From a virus: a DNA stretch of 64,000 nucleotides. The stretch's first letter is position 1. Every line of letters starts with the position of its first letter. Below are positions 1 to 10,459 of the stretch, piece after piece. The translations under genes and the position numbers were made by a program. The notes beneath the pieces are model-generated. The model had not been told where the DNA came from. It worked only from the letters and a program-made list of their open reading frames with translations, and did not search any database. The DNA is taken from positions 47,145 to 111,144 of IMG/VR virus record IMGVR_UViG_3300042889_001061. One strand, given 5' to 3'.

Positions 1-1
1 G

Positions 2-1483
2 CACACAGGTATGATTCCATTTTTAAAGAAATGGTTTGGAGATTTACGTTCATGTTCACAGGGAGGAATTCGCAATGCAAGTGCTACTATCTTTTATCCA
101 ATCTGGCATCACCAGTTTGACGACCTTATTGTACTCAAGAACAACCAAGGAACAGAAGAAACCCGAGTCCGTCATATGGATTATGGGGTTGTGCTTAGTG
201 CTCTATTCTGGAGACGATTCAAAAACAAAGAACAAATAACATTCTTTGATCCTAATGAAGTGCCTGATTTATACCAAGCATTTTATTCTAACACAAAACT
301 ATTTGAAGAGCTTTATGTTAAGTATGAAAATACTCCGGGCCTTCGTACAAAAACAATGTCAGCCGAAGAAGTATTCAAGTCTGGCATCTTAAAAGAACGC
401 ACAGATACAGGACGTATCTACTTAGTGTTCATCGACAACGTGATGAATCAAGGACCATTTGATCCTGAGTATCACACCATTTACCAGAGTAATCTTTGCT
501 GTGAAATACTTTTACCTACTAAGTCCTTTAAACGTCTGGATGACGATAGCGGTCGTATCGCACTTTGCACCTTGGGCTCAATCAATTGGGGTGCGTTCCG
601 TAACCCAGAAGACATGCGCCGTGCTTGCCGTATACTGCATCGTAGCCTCAACAATATTCTTGACTATCAAGACTTTCTTTCCATCCAGTCTAAACTATCC
701 AACGACGAAATCAGACCACTGGGAATCGGTATCACCAATCTCGCCTACTGGCACGCCAAGCGAAGCCTCAAGTACGGAGAACGAGACTCCTTGGCTGAAG
801 TCAAGACGTGGATGGAACATCAAGCCTACTACCTAACTGAAGCCAGTGTAGAACTTGCCAAAGAACGTGGCAAGTGCTTAGGCAGTGATCATACTCGTTA
901 TGGACAAGGTACATTCCCGTGGGAACTACGTGCCAAAGGAGTGAACGAATTAACTGACTTTGCTCCGGAACTTGATTGGGAGACATTACGCAGTCAAATG
1001 AAGGAACACGGTGTTCGCAATGCTACACAAATGGCTGTAGCACCAGTTGAATCTAGTTCAGTTGTTATTAATAGTACAAATGGTATTGAAATGCCCATGT
1101 CGTTAATTAGTACTAAAGAAAGTAAAGCAGGATCATTTACACAGGTTGTTCCTGAGTATCATAAACTAAAGAACAAGTATCAGTTAATGTGGGAACAAAA
1201 AGACTGTGACGGTTATTTAAAAACTGCCGCAGTTATTGCTGCCTACGTTGATCAAAGTATCAGTACCAACACATTCTACAATCCTGCTCACTTTGCAGAT
1301 AGAAAAGTTCCTACAACGTTGATTGCCAAGAACCTGATGCAGAGTCATTACTGGGGATTAAAGACATTTTACTATAGTTTGATTAACAAAGCAGGCAGTA
1401 AAGCAGTTGCAGAAGATGCACCCGCTATGTTAGAACCTATAAACTTTGATGACGAAGAAGACTGTGAAAGTTGTAAACTATAA
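2..1483 (+). CDS. nrdA: Class Ia ribonucleotide reductase alpha subunit (5'-truncated by window edge)
   Basis: SNLCCEI catalytic motif, LCTLGSIN, GLKTFYY, C-terminal CESCKL. Confidence 0.97.
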   Translation, partial: HTGMIPFLKKWFGDLRSCSQGGIRNASATIFYPIWHHQFDDLIVLKNNQGTEETRVRHMDYGVVLSALFWRRFKNKEQITFFDPNEVPDLYQAFYSNTKLFEELYVKYENTPGLRTKTMSAEEVFKSGILKERTDTGRIYLVFIDNVMNQGPFDPEYHTIYQSNLCCEILLPTKSFKRLDDDSGRIALCTLGSINWGAFRNPEDMRRACRILHRSLNNILDYQDFLSIQSKLSNDEIRPLGIGITNLAYWHAKRSLKYGERDSLAEVKTWMEHQAYYLTEASVELAKERGKCLGSDHTRYGQGTFPWELRAKGVNELTDFAPELDWETLRSQMKEHGVRNATQMAVAPVESSSVVINSTNGIEMPMSLISTKESKAGSFTQVVPEYHKLKNKYQLMWEQKDCDGYLKTAAVIAAYVDQSISTNTFYNPAHFADRKVPTTLIAKNLMQSHYWGLKTFYYSLINKAGSKAVAEDAPAMLEPINFDDEEDCESCKL

Positions 1484-2133
1484 TGTTAGAAACAATTTGT
1501 GAAGTTTTAGAAGACGCTTATAAGCGTAACTGGATTACCAGCCGTGATGGTAACGTCAGCATCCGTCACCATGATCGTGATCACTTTTACATCACACCTT
1601 CGGGTGTGCGTAAGCAGACTCTGCAACCAGATCAGTTTAAAAAGATGGGTATCGAGAAAGGTTACTGGAACCAACCTCCTCAAATTTACTATGCAAGCAA
1701 GGAATTAGAGTACACTGATATTAGTGAAAAGTTAAAACCCAGCGGAGAACTTCCCTTGCACTTCGGCCTACAAAAAGAAATGGGTCAACACAGCAACGAT
1801 GTGCGAGTAGTTGTACATGTTCATCCCACTTACTGTATTGCAGCCATGCACGCCGGCATAGATCTTAGTACTATCAGCGATGCATTTCCAGAACTCAATC
1901 GTTACACACGAGTAGCACCCAATGTAGGCGATGTGCCTCCTATCAGTCAAGAGCTTGCCGATCAGTGTCATAAGAATCTACAGTTAGATGATCTTGGTAA
2001 TATTGCCTATGATATTGTAGGTATCAAAGGTCATGGTGTTGTGGCCATTGATACAAGCCCGTGGCGGGCATACGAGCATATCGAACGATTAGAACATATT
2101 TGCCGGATAGTACTGGCCAGCGGAAAATATTAA
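1483..2133 (+). CDS. Class II aldolase/adducin family protein
   Basis: DGNVS, ITPSG, PSGELPLH, VVHVHP, KGHGVVA metal-binding motifs. Confidence 0.88.
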   Translation: MLETICEVLEDAYKRNWITSRDGNVSIRHHDRDHFYITPSGVRKQTLQPDQFKKMGIEKGYWNQPPQIYYASKELEYTDISEKLKPSGELPLHFGLQKEMGQHSNDVRVVVHVHPTYCIAAMHAGIDLSTISDAFPELNRYTRVAPNVGDVPPISQELADQCHKNLQLDDLGNIAYDIVGIKGHGVVAIDTSPWRAYEHIERLEHICRIVLASGKY

Positions 2134-2745
2134 ATGACAGTGTTGCCCCAGCTGGGTGATGTAGATGTATTTGACAGCATAGCCATCGATGATCTTTGGT
2201 GTGTGGATAAACTAATCTTATCAAAAAAATTAGGTTATACATGTGGGCCTGCAGGTATATCGCCCCCAGCGCCTAGACAATATGTAGTGCGTCCTATTGT
2301 AAATCTAAAATCAATGAGTGTTGGTGCCACAATACAATATCTAGATTCAGATTCGATTCCAGATGGTTATTTCTGGTGCGAGCTGTTTGCTGGCCGTCAT
2401 ATGAGTTTTGATTACCACTGGGGCAAACAAACACTGGCAGTGGAAGGATTTAGAACAGATCCACTACGCTTGGACAGATTTAGTCAATGGACAAAAATCA
2501 ACGAAGTATTTGCATTGCCAGATGTACTGCAAACAGTTGCAGACCGCAATGAGTGGTTGAATGTGGAAGTGATAGGTGATAGGGTAATTGAAGTACATTT
2601 TAGATACAATGATGACTTTGCCAATCATGATGCCGCTACTATCGTACCAGTCTGGCGCGACGAGTTTTACCCCAGTCCCGCAGGTGATAGACTGGGATTT
2701 ATATTAAAAGATAATATCGAATTAACAAAACAGGATAACAAATGA
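2134..2745 (+). CDS. Hypothetical protein, possibly a truncated ATP-grasp-like fold
   Basis: YVVRP...NVEVIGDRVIEVHFR resembles ATP-grasp C-terminal motifs; abuts both neighbours. Confidence 0.5.
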   Translation: MTVLPQLGDVDVFDSIAIDDLWCVDKLILSKKLGYTCGPAGISPPAPRQYVVRPIVNLKSMSVGATIQYLDSDSIPDGYFWCELFAGRHMSFDYHWGKQTLAVEGFRTDPLRLDRFSQWTKINEVFALPDVLQTVADRNEWLNVEVIGDRVIEVHFRYNDDFANHDAATIVPVWRDEFYPSPAGDRLGFILKDNIELTKQDNK

Positions 2746-3842
2746 GTAAAGAACAATATAACTTAACAACAAAAACAGACTACCTAAGTCGCAAGATGTT
2801 TCTGGATCCAGCTGGTCCAGTTACTATTCAACGATTCGAAGAAGTCAAATATAAAAAAATTGCAGATTATGATGCAACTGCACGTGGCTTCTTTTGGCAA
2901 CCAGAAGAAGTAAGTCTTACAAAAGACAGCAATGATTTTAAAGAAGCCAGTGATGCAGTCAAACATATCTTTACCAGCAACCTGCTACGTCAAACCGCAC
3001 TAGATAGTCTACAAGGTCGTGGTCCAACACAGGTATTCACTCCGGTATGTTCATTACCAGAAGTAGAAGCACTGATGTATAACTGGGGATTCTTTGAAAC
3101 CAACATTCACAGTAAGAGTTATAGCCATATTATCCGCAACATCTATAACGTACCCAAAGATGTATTCAATACTATTCACGACACTAAAGAAATTGTAGAC
3201 ATGGCAAGTAGTGTTGGCAAATATTATGATGCGCTACATTTAATAAACTGCCGCAAGGAAGTGGGAGAAGTAATTGACGAGCATGAACACATCAAGGCTA
3301 TCTGGATGGCACTGAATGCTAGCTATGCATTAGAAGCATTTCGCTTTATGGTTAGCTTTGCTACAAGTTTAGCCATGGTAGAGAACAAAATCTTTATTGG
3401 TAACGGTAACATTATCAGTTTGATTCTACAAGACGAATTGTTGCACAAAGGCTGGACTGCTTATTTGATCAATCAAGTTGTCAAGGAAGATTCACGCTTT
3501 GTCAAAGCCAAACAAGAATGCGAGTCAGAAGTTTATGCTTTGTATGTAGATGTTATTCGTGAAGAAAAAGCCTGGGCAGATTACTTGTTCAAGAAAGGTC
3601 CGGTTATTGGATTGAACGCTGCCATCTTAAAAGAGTTTGTTGATTACACAGCAGTATCTGCATTAAAGGATATCGGTATTAAATATCAAAGTCCGGCCCC
3701 TAAATCAACTCCTATTCCTTGGTTTAACAAGCACAGTGACACTAGTAAAAAACAAACTGCATTGCAGGAAAATGAAAGCACCAATTATGTTATTGGTATA
3801 ATGAGCGACAGCATCGATTATGATGTATTACCAACTTTATAA
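2742..3842 (+). CDS. nrdB: Class Ia ribonucleotide reductase beta subunit
   Basis: FFWQPEEV, LDSLQGR, ETNIHSKSY, DELLH, ALQENESTNY. Confidence 0.97.
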   Translation: MSKEQYNLTTKTDYLSRKMFLDPAGPVTIQRFEEVKYKKIADYDATARGFFWQPEEVSLTKDSNDFKEASDAVKHIFTSNLLRQTALDSLQGRGPTQVFTPVCSLPEVEALMYNWGFFETNIHSKSYSHIIRNIYNVPKDVFNTIHDTKEIVDMASSVGKYYDALHLINCRKEVGEVIDEHEHIKAIWMALNASYALEAFRFMVSFATSLAMVENKIFIGNGNIISLILQDELLHKGWTAYLINQVVKEDSRFVKAKQECESEVYALYVDVIREEKAWADYLFKKGPVIGLNAAILKEFVDYTAVSALKDIGIKYQSPAPKSTPIPWFNKHSDTSKKQTALQENESTNYVIGIMSDSIDYDVLPTL

Positions 3843-3853
3843 AGAAAGACATT

Positions 3854-4282
3854 ATGAAAATCAACGAAGTAGTAGCACAAATTAATGATGCGTGGTTTGA
3901 ACAAGGTAGTTTCAAAACATTTAAAAAGCCAGCCAAAGAACGCTATGAGATTGCCCGACAAGCTGGCACAGTTCAAACATTAGAAGGTCCTGTTAATTAT
4001 GAAGCAGGACATTACATTATGACTGGTCCTAAAGGCGAGCAATATCCAATTACTGCCGAGAAGTTCAACGCACTGAAAGATGATCAAGGTAACGGCATTG
4101 CTACTCCCAAGAAGATTCCCAAGATTGCTAAACTTGCTGATCATAATGGAGTTATTCACACATCATGGGGCGACTTGAATTACACAACAGGCAACGACTA
4201 TATTGTTAGACACGCCGCCAACGATTACGGTGCAGTAAAGAAAGATATCTTTGCACAAACATATGATACAACAGGAATCTAA
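3854..4282 (+). CDS. Hypothetical protein with duplicated PGDYG-like repeat
   Basis: TLEG...GHYIMTGPKGEQYPI and TSWG...GNDYIV...DIFAQTY internal repeat. Confidence 0.6.
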   Translation: MKINEVVAQINDAWFEQGSFKTFKKPAKERYEIARQAGTVQTLEGPVNYEAGHYIMTGPKGEQYPITAEKFNALKDDQGNGIATPKKIPKIAKLADHNGVIHTSWGDLNYTTGNDYIVRHAANDYGAVKKDIFAQTYDTTGI

Positions 4283-4441
4283 ATGCAAATTAGAGTAAAA
4301 GAGAATCCAGAAGAATTTGGTAGCTGTGGATGCGGCCGCAGTCCAGATGGCAAGTGCATCGGCTGGCACGGACTAACCGAAGAACAATATCAAACAGCGT
4401 TAGACGAATATGAAAAGAATTTATTTGAGGATGAAGAATGA
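4283..4441 (+). CDS. Small CDGSH-like iron-sulfur protein (52 aa, below ORF-track cutoff)
   Basis: MQIRVKENPEEFGSCGCGRSPDGKCIGWHGL...; CxCxxS-x4-CxGxH; stop overlaps glutaredoxin start. Confidence 0.65.
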   Translation: MQIRVKENPEEFGSCGCGRSPDGKCIGWHGLTEEQYQTALDEYEKNLFEDEE

Positions 4442-4677
4442 AAATAGAAATTTATACAAAGGACTCATGTCCATACTGCACACAAGCCAAGAACTTGTTT
4501 AAAAGCAAAGGCTGGGAGTTCACAGAACACTATATCACAGCAGAAACAAGAGAAACATTGTTAGAAAATCTAACAACAAGATTGGGGTCAGCACCACGCA
4601 CAGTGCCTCAAATCTTTATCGATGATCAGGCCATTGGAGGTTATACTGATCTAGTCTCGTGGTTAAAAACTCAATAA
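4438..4677 (+). CDS. Glutaredoxin
   Basis: CPYC, TVPQIFI, GGYTDL. Confidence 0.95.
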   Translation: MKIEIYTKDSCPYCTQAKNLFKSKGWEFTEHYITAETRETLLENLTTRLGSAPRTVPQIFIDDQAIGGYTDLVSWLKTQ

Positions 4678-4685
4678 ATACATAT

Positions 4686-4994
4686 ATGTTAAAAGAAAAC
4701 AAAATTGGTCATACAGTCAGTATGAAACTAGCCAACGGCGACGAAGTCGTGGGCAAAATTACAGGTCAAACCGCAGAGGGTCTTACTATCAGTAAGCCTG
4801 TTATTTTAGCTGCCAGCAGAGATGGATTACAAATGATTCCTTTCATGATGACTGCTGAACCCAACAGCGACTTTGTATTCAAAGCACATACAATTATGTG
4901 CGTTGCAGACACTAACGATCAAGTAGCAGATGCTTATCTTGAAAGTACAACTGGAATCAAACCAGTAAGAAATTCAAGTAGTATTATATTATAA
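4686..4994 (+). CDS. Sm-like/SH3-fold hypothetical protein
   Basis: VSMKLANGDEVVGK pattern; TAAATA 5 nt before ATG. Confidence 0.55.
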   Translation: MLKENKIGHTVSMKLANGDEVVGKITGQTAEGLTISKPVILAASRDGLQMIPFMMTAEPNSDFVFKAHTIMCVADTNDQVADAYLESTTGIKPVRNSSSIIL

Positions 4995-4995
4995 T

Positions 4996-5271
4996 ATGCC
5001 ACAAGTACATAGATTAACTGATGACAATACTGCTGGTGCCCCTATCATCACAGTAATTCAAAACTCTGTGTACACAAACTATTTGTTGACTAGTGTAGAT
5101 GGCAGTCCAGTTGCAGGACACGGGCCTGGAGTTCACGCCGGCCCGGTGACTGCTAATGGCAGTCCTAATGTATTCATTGAATATATACCTGTAAATAGAC
5201 TGGGCGATCCTGACACTTGCGGACATCCTAGAGCAATAGGTAGTCCGGATGTCTATGCCAATGGCGGTTAA
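4996..5271 (+). CDS. PAAR-like spike tip protein
   Basis: GSPNVF..PVNRLGD..TCGH...GSPDV. Confidence 0.85.
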   Translation: MPQVHRLTDDNTAGAPIITVIQNSVYTNYLLTSVDGSPVAGHGPGVHAGPVTANGSPNVFIEYIPVNRLGDPDTCGHPRAIGSPDVYANGG

Positions 5272-5290
5272 ATGCTAGGTAAATACTAGT

Positions 5291-7453
5291 ATGGCAACAT
5301 TACCACCAATTAATGCAGGCGCATTAAAACTAACCTTTCCTACTAACCTTCCTAAGAACGAAAAAGATCTTATCTGTATGCTACTTGCTGGCAGATTAAA
5401 AGATCTACTTAATGGACGCTTGGTATGTGCTCAACTTGCCATAGATGATTTAATCAAAGATGCAACTGGAATCAGTGCATTAAGCTCACTGCGTGATTCT
5501 CTTGTCGGAATGAAATCTGCAATTGACAGAATGAAATCTGCAACAGGCTACGACAAGATATTACAAGGTGTGAATCAAGCACTGGGTCAAGTCAATAACG
5601 TATTCAGCTTAGGAGGGCTGTGCCCCAGCCCAATTCGTGCTCCTATGATACCAGACTTGTTGGGGCAGTTGAATGCAAATCTATTTGGCCAAGGACTTAA
5701 TATTTTAAATGCATTGGGCAAGGTCAGTAACCCTAGCATGTGCTTGGGCGGCGGCCCCGGCGGCTTTGGTATCAATTGGAACAGTATGCCAGGCGACTTA
5801 AGAAATCTTAAAAATGCAATCAAGCAAGCAGGTAATACACCATCTGCTACGATTAATGCTTTTAATCAAAATTTAAAATCGCAGACATCTAGATTAAAAT
5901 CAGAAGTAAAAAGACTAGAACAAAATTTAGCAGATCCATTAGGACTAAACAATAAACTTAATACAGCAAGAAATTTGCAACGTGCTAAGAGTGTCAGCGA
6001 TGGGTATCCGGTAAAAGACAGTCGCGGCATTCTTCATGACAACGTTTTAAAGTCAATGGTATCTGCTGACATTGAATCAGTGATAGACAATGGAGATCGA
6101 ACTCCAATTAAGTATGTGACTAAACCAATTCTTGACTATTGCGGAGTTGTAATAGGCTATGAAAAAGTAGCAGTCACTGGTGATCCGGCATATATAGGCT
6201 GGGACCCAAATGGAGATCTTAGTCTCAACACAGATCATCCAACCGTTAATCCCGTTGCAGGTTATGCCAGCTTTAAATATACGTTTAAGCAAGAAGGCAA
6301 TACAGTCAAGGTCTATGATAGCATAGGCGCAGTAGTCACCGATTTGTCTTTGTCGAGAGGTGTTGCTTACAGACTTAATTTTGAATTAACTAACAAAGAA
6401 ATTCAATTTTATTCTGATCCTGCTTATACAACGGTATGGACAGAAGGTTTAACCTACAGTAGAAATCCGGAATACGGTACAGACATGGAAATTATAACTC
6501 CTGATGTTAATACAAAATTTGTCCGAGGAGAACTAGATTGGGCAGTATTAATAGAAAATCCAACAACACCCAATATCGTTTATTGGAAAACTAATAACAA
6601 TAGCTCGGCTGGCAGTTTTGTTATCACAGGCGAAACTTCGATCCCATTGTCAGATAGAACGTATGACATATCGATGGCAGTTAAAAAAGCCTGCCTACAT
6701 TTAGTAAACGTTCCAGCAAGCTCTGCGATTCCTGTAAACTACGAAAACTTTTTAGGATCGCCTACTTCGTTTACTACGACAAGAACATATAACACAGTAA
6801 CAACAATATACGATTCAAGTGGTAATATAACAAGTACAACATCTTTATCTTCGATACCAATGACAGTAAAAGAAGATACAGAAACCAGTGACGAACTAGG
6901 AAACACTGATCCAAATAATAAAGTAATTAAATCAGTGGCAAGATTTAATGCTGCCTCGTATTTAATAACCAAACGTTATATAAGCACAGAAAACGGATTG
7001 GAATATACTCAGATTTATTTTTATCTATCTCCTAGTCAAAACGAAGCCAATGCTACATATTGTATATTATTGAAGTTTGATGATCCAATTACAATTTTAA
7101 ATTCTTCTAAGTTACCTTATACTGATAATTATTCTTATAAGTTAACCAGATTAATAAAATCTGGCAGCGAGTTCATTCCAGTAACTACACCAATTTCAAA
7201 TTCGGATGAAACCAAATTCGAACTAGTGCAATCAAATGGCAAAGAATTTATTAGATGGAATCTTACTTCGTTTAATGAATCTGACAAAGCAACTGTTCCT
7301 AAAAATGAATTTATATTTCAAACTGATATAGAAATAGATCCCACAGATCTTTCAAGGAATTTTATTGTTTCTAATCCAAAAGAATACAGAACATATTTCT
7401 ATTTTAAATTCGGTGACGGAACCGCCATCCAATCTACTATTACACTGATATAA
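5291..7453 (+). CDS. Probable virion/baseplate-associated protein
   Basis: 720 aa, next to PAAR, Thr/Ser/Asn-rich beta C-terminal half. Confidence 0.5.
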   Translation: MATLPPINAGALKLTFPTNLPKNEKDLICMLLAGRLKDLLNGRLVCAQLAIDDLIKDATGISALSSLRDSLVGMKSAIDRMKSATGYDKILQGVNQALGQVNNVFSLGGLCPSPIRAPMIPDLLGQLNANLFGQGLNILNALGKVSNPSMCLGGGPGGFGINWNSMPGDLRNLKNAIKQAGNTPSATINAFNQNLKSQTSRLKSEVKRLEQNLADPLGLNNKLNTARNLQRAKSVSDGYPVKDSRGILHDNVLKSMVSADIESVIDNGDRTPIKYVTKPILDYCGVVIGYEKVAVTGDPAYIGWDPNGDLSLNTDHPTVNPVAGYASFKYTFKQEGNTVKVYDSIGAVVTDLSLSRGVAYRLNFELTNKEIQFYSDPAYTTVWTEGLTYSRNPEYGTDMEIITPDVNTKFVRGELDWAVLIENPTTPNIVYWKTNNNSSAGSFVITGETSIPLSDRTYDISMAVKKACLHLVNVPASSAIPVNYENFLGSPTSFTTTRTYNTVTTIYDSSGNITSTTSLSSIPMTVKEDTETSDELGNTDPNNKVIKSVARFNAASYLITKRYISTENGLEYTQIYFYLSPSQNEANATYCILLKFDDPITILNSSKLPYTDNYSYKLTRLIKSGSEFIPVTTPISNSDETKFELVQSNGKEFIRWNLTSFNESDKATVPKNEFIFQTDIEIDPTDLSRNFIVSNPKEYRTYFYFKFGDGTAIQSTITLI

Positions 7454-7524
7454 ATTAATTTGGTAAATTAGCATTTGACATAAAGTCGAAATCAGTATAT
7501 AATTATGCACTAGGAGTAATTCTA

Positions 7525-7998
7525 ATGCTTAAACAAATTGCCAAATTACTTACCAAAATTGGTAGACAACGTATTATTTTAGACCGAGAAAGCAATGAGC
7601 CTTATTTGGAACGTTACTATGTATTTCTCAAAGATAGAACATGGTTTCCATTTAATATCTTCCTGCATAAATTTTTAAAATCTGATCCGGATGATGTTCA
7701 TGATCATCCATGGCCTTATGCCTCCCTGATACTTAAAGGCGGATATTGGGAATGGATTCCTCATTTTAATAGTCAGGGACAAAAGATTGGTGAATACCAA
7801 GTTTGGCGTGCTGCCGGAAGTTTTAGAATAAACAGTGCAAATAGTTATCACAGAATTGAGTTAGATCCCACAGTGGAATGTTGGACAATGTTTATGCCCG
7901 GCCCCCAAAAACGTGAATGGGGATTTTTAGTTAACAACAAATGGATACACAATGACGAATACATTAAACAACGTACTGCTACAGCCTCCAAGCAGTGA
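7525..7998 (+). CDS. Cupin-like protein
   Basis: HDHPW...ILKGGYWE...YHRIEL. Confidence 0.7.
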   Translation: MLKQIAKLLTKIGRQRIILDRESNEPYLERYYVFLKDRTWFPFNIFLHKFLKSDPDDVHDHPWPYASLILKGGYWEWIPHFNSQGQKIGEYQVWRAAGSFRINSANSYHRIELDPTVECWTMFMPGPQKREWGFLVNNKWIHNDEYIKQRTATASKQ

Positions 7999-8293
7999 AT
8001 GGACAGAAGAACAAGTAACTACATTTCGTAGTTGGTTAGTGGGAATGTTACAGATAGGTCCAGTAACTGTGACATTTAATAAAAAAGATGGTGCAGAACG
8101 TGTAATGACTTGTAGCCTGCAACCAGAATTATTGCCACCTGCACCCGTACACGAATCTAATACCAATAATCCCATTGACTTTCCAAAAGTTAAAAAAGAA
8201 AATCTAAACATTATTTCAGTATATGATTTAGAAGCAACTGCTTGGCGGAGTTTTACAGTTAAGAACGTTACCAATGTAACATTAAAATTATGA
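7952..8293 (+). CDS. WYL-like/SH3 barrel phage protein
   Basis: VTFNKKDGAERVMTCSL...VYDLEATAWRSF. Confidence 0.7.
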   Translation: MTNTLNNVLLQPPSSEWTEEQVTTFRSWLVGMLQIGPVTVTFNKKDGAERVMTCSLQPELLPPAPVHESNTNNPIDFPKVKKENLNIISVYDLEATAWRSFTVKNVTNVTLKL

Positions 8294-8742
8294 AAAGATA
8301 TTATTTTGCCTATGGCATGAACACTAACGTCGCTGAAATGGCAAATCGTTGTCCCAAGGCTGTTAATCTCGGTCGTTGTACATTAACTGGCTTTGAATTA
8401 AAGTTTCGACTTCACGCTGACATTGACGAAGTTGTGGGCAGTGAAATGGAAGGTGTTCTTTGGGACATCACTGAAGAATGCGAACAAGCATTGGATCGTT
8501 TGGAAGGATATCCCTTTTACTATGATAAAATTGAAGTAATAGTTATCCCAGACACGCCAGTTAATAACAATACACATATCCGTGCCATGGCTTATATTAT
8601 GAACACCAAAGGTGCAGAAGAAGCTCCTAGTACTGGCTACGAAGATTGTTTGATTGAAGGCTACACAGCAAATGGATTGGATGTCAACAAGTTGACAAAA
8701 AAGGTCGATTCACTTATAATTAATCAAACAGGCTATGTATAA
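8290..8742 (+). CDS. Gamma-glutamylcyclotransferase (AIG2-like) family
   Basis: YFAYGMN, LDRLEGYP..Y. Confidence 0.88.
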   Translation: MKRYYFAYGMNTNVAEMANRCPKAVNLGRCTLTGFELKFRLHADIDEVVGSEMEGVLWDITEECEQALDRLEGYPFYYDKIEVIVIPDTPVNNNTHIRAMAYIMNTKGAEEAPSTGYEDCLIEGYTANGLDVNKLTKKVDSLIINQTGYV

Positions 8743-9037
8743 ACAGGACAGCGTTCGTCAAGTGTTAATGGATTTTAAGATAACTATTACTGGCAATAAA
8801 GTAAAGCGTCAGTACAATGCAAATCCATTTACACATATTAACACAAGTTGGGATGACCCCATTTTTTATAAACCAGAAGAAGAACATGTTACAATGATCA
8901 CAGCAGAGATTCCAGAACGAGAATTTACAGCAATGGCAGATGTATTGTGCGAGTTCAGAGACTTGATGAGAGATCCAGAAACAGCAAGATTGTTAATGGA
9001 AGCAAGATTTATAAATAGATTAAAAGGTAATAGATAA
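8735..9037 (+). CDS. Hypothetical protein
   Basis: ORF in tightly packed operon. Confidence 0.6.
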   Translation: MYKQDSVRQVLMDFKITITGNKVKRQYNANPFTHINTSWDDPIFYKPEEEHVTMITAEIPEREFTAMADVLCEFRDLMRDPETARLLMEARFINRLKGNR

Positions 9038-9038
9038 T

Positions 9039-9881
9039 ATGGCACAACATACACGCTACTGGAGTTGTACACCTTTTGCAGACTGGCTCCGAGGTACTAA
9101 AAAACTCAGTGCTGGCACAGCAGAGGAATGGGATGACTGGACAACAGCCGCACAGATGAAGCACAATTTTCGCTATTGGTTAGCGGAAGAAGCACTTGGA
9201 CATATCCAAGATTTTGTAACATGGCCTATAAGGACTTTATATGATATTAAATACTACATTAACAACCGTTTTGTTACCCGCACTCATAGCCTTACCGCTC
9301 ATCCCCGGGATATTAAGCCTGGCCAGTGGCAAGACGTGGGGAACCGCTTTTTGCCTTGCTTATTCAATGAGCTTGTTGATTTTGTTGAAATAGAATCAGC
9401 ATGGAGTCATATTGCCTGGGGCAGTAAAGAAGATCGTGAGAAATACAATACTCCTTTCTATGCCAGTGGCTGGTGGCGTTGGAGAACTTGGCGTTGCCCA
9501 CAAGCAGGCATAGATCATCTTGACTGGGCAATGACTTTGACAAACGGTGAATGGTGCAAGCCGGAAGATACAGACTATGGCAAGCCCACTGGTCAAGCAG
9601 AACGTGCAAAAGAGATCAAAGAACTTTATACATGGTGGACTACAGTATATCCTAATCGTCTTGATCCACATGATGCCAGTGGGTGGAGTGATTATTGCGA
9701 AGCAAGTCGTATTGCCAACGGCGGCAAGCTAAGTTGGTCGGGCAAGGATAAAACTCCCGAGCTTAAAGAAATGAGCGATAAATCGCACAAGCTTCTGCAG
9801 GAAATAGAGTCAGCCTATGAAGCAGAAGATGAAGCTATGATGATCCGTTTAATTAAAGCAAGAGATAGTCTATGGACATAA
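9039..9881 (+). CDS. Trp-rich hypothetical phage protein
   Basis: 280-aa ORF ending IRLIKARDSLWT. Confidence 0.7.
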   Translation: MAQHTRYWSCTPFADWLRGTKKLSAGTAEEWDDWTTAAQMKHNFRYWLAEEALGHIQDFVTWPIRTLYDIKYYINNRFVTRTHSLTAHPRDIKPGQWQDVGNRFLPCLFNELVDFVEIESAWSHIAWGSKEDREKYNTPFYASGWWRWRTWRCPQAGIDHLDWAMTLTNGEWCKPEDTDYGKPTGQAERAKEIKELYTWWTTVYPNRLDPHDASGWSDYCEASRIANGGKLSWSGKDKTPELKEMSDKSHKLLQEIESAYEAEDEAMMIRLIKARDSLWT

Positions 9882-10045
9882 ACCCAAATTATTGTAAGTG
9901 CGGTAATAAAAGGAAATATTCCGATCAATACGATGCCTATTACTGTGATTCCTGCAATAAATGGTTAGAAGCAAAATGTAACCACCCAGAATGCGAATAT
10001 TGTCCTAATCGTCCAGAGAATCCTGTCAACGAAACTATAACCTAA
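9872..10045 (+). CDS. Small Cys-rich (probable Zn-binding) protein
   Basis: MDINPNYCKCG...YDAYYCDSCNKWLEAKCNHPECEYCPNRP; 7 Cys. Confidence 0.6.
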   Translation: MDINPNYCKCGNKRKYSDQYDAYYCDSCNKWLEAKCNHPECEYCPNRPENPVNETIT

Positions 10046-10074
10046 AACGTTAAATATATAAGAAGGAGATAATT

Positions 10075-10377
10075 ATGAAAAAATTATTCATCACTCTGGC
10101 ATTAGCCTGTGTAACATTGCCTGCATTGGCACAACATCATGGATACCGTCATCACAATCACCACTATCGAGGTCCGGGATACGGCAGCTGGGTAGCACCG
10201 CTAATTATTGGCGGTGCTATTAGTTATACATTAACTAGACCTGAGCCTATAATTATACAGCAACCAGTATATATCGAACAGCAACCAATACCATTAAATC
10301 AAAATTGTGGTCCGTGGAAAGAAGTCTGGACTTCTGATGGCAAAATTTATAGAGAAAGAACTTGTACTAGTCAATAA
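10075..10377 (+). CDS. Secreted His/Pro-rich hypothetical protein
   Basis: Signal peptide MKKLFITLALACVTLPALA; AGGAG RBS. Confidence 0.7.
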   Translation: MKKLFITLALACVTLPALAQHHGYRHHNHHYRGPGYGSWVAPLIIGGAISYTLTRPEPIIIQQPVYIEQQPIPLNQNCGPWKEVWTSDGKIYRERTCTSQ

Positions 10378-10459
10378 CTAATACTGACGCCGACCTAAAC
10401 TATTCGTATTAAACATTTATACGGTACTACTTTTAAGTACTAGTGTAAATGTTTTTAGT

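Noticed and set aside
2-3842. Intron or intein in nrdA/nrdB
   Set aside because: The visible frames are continuous, nrdB is of normal length, and no splicing motifs are seen.
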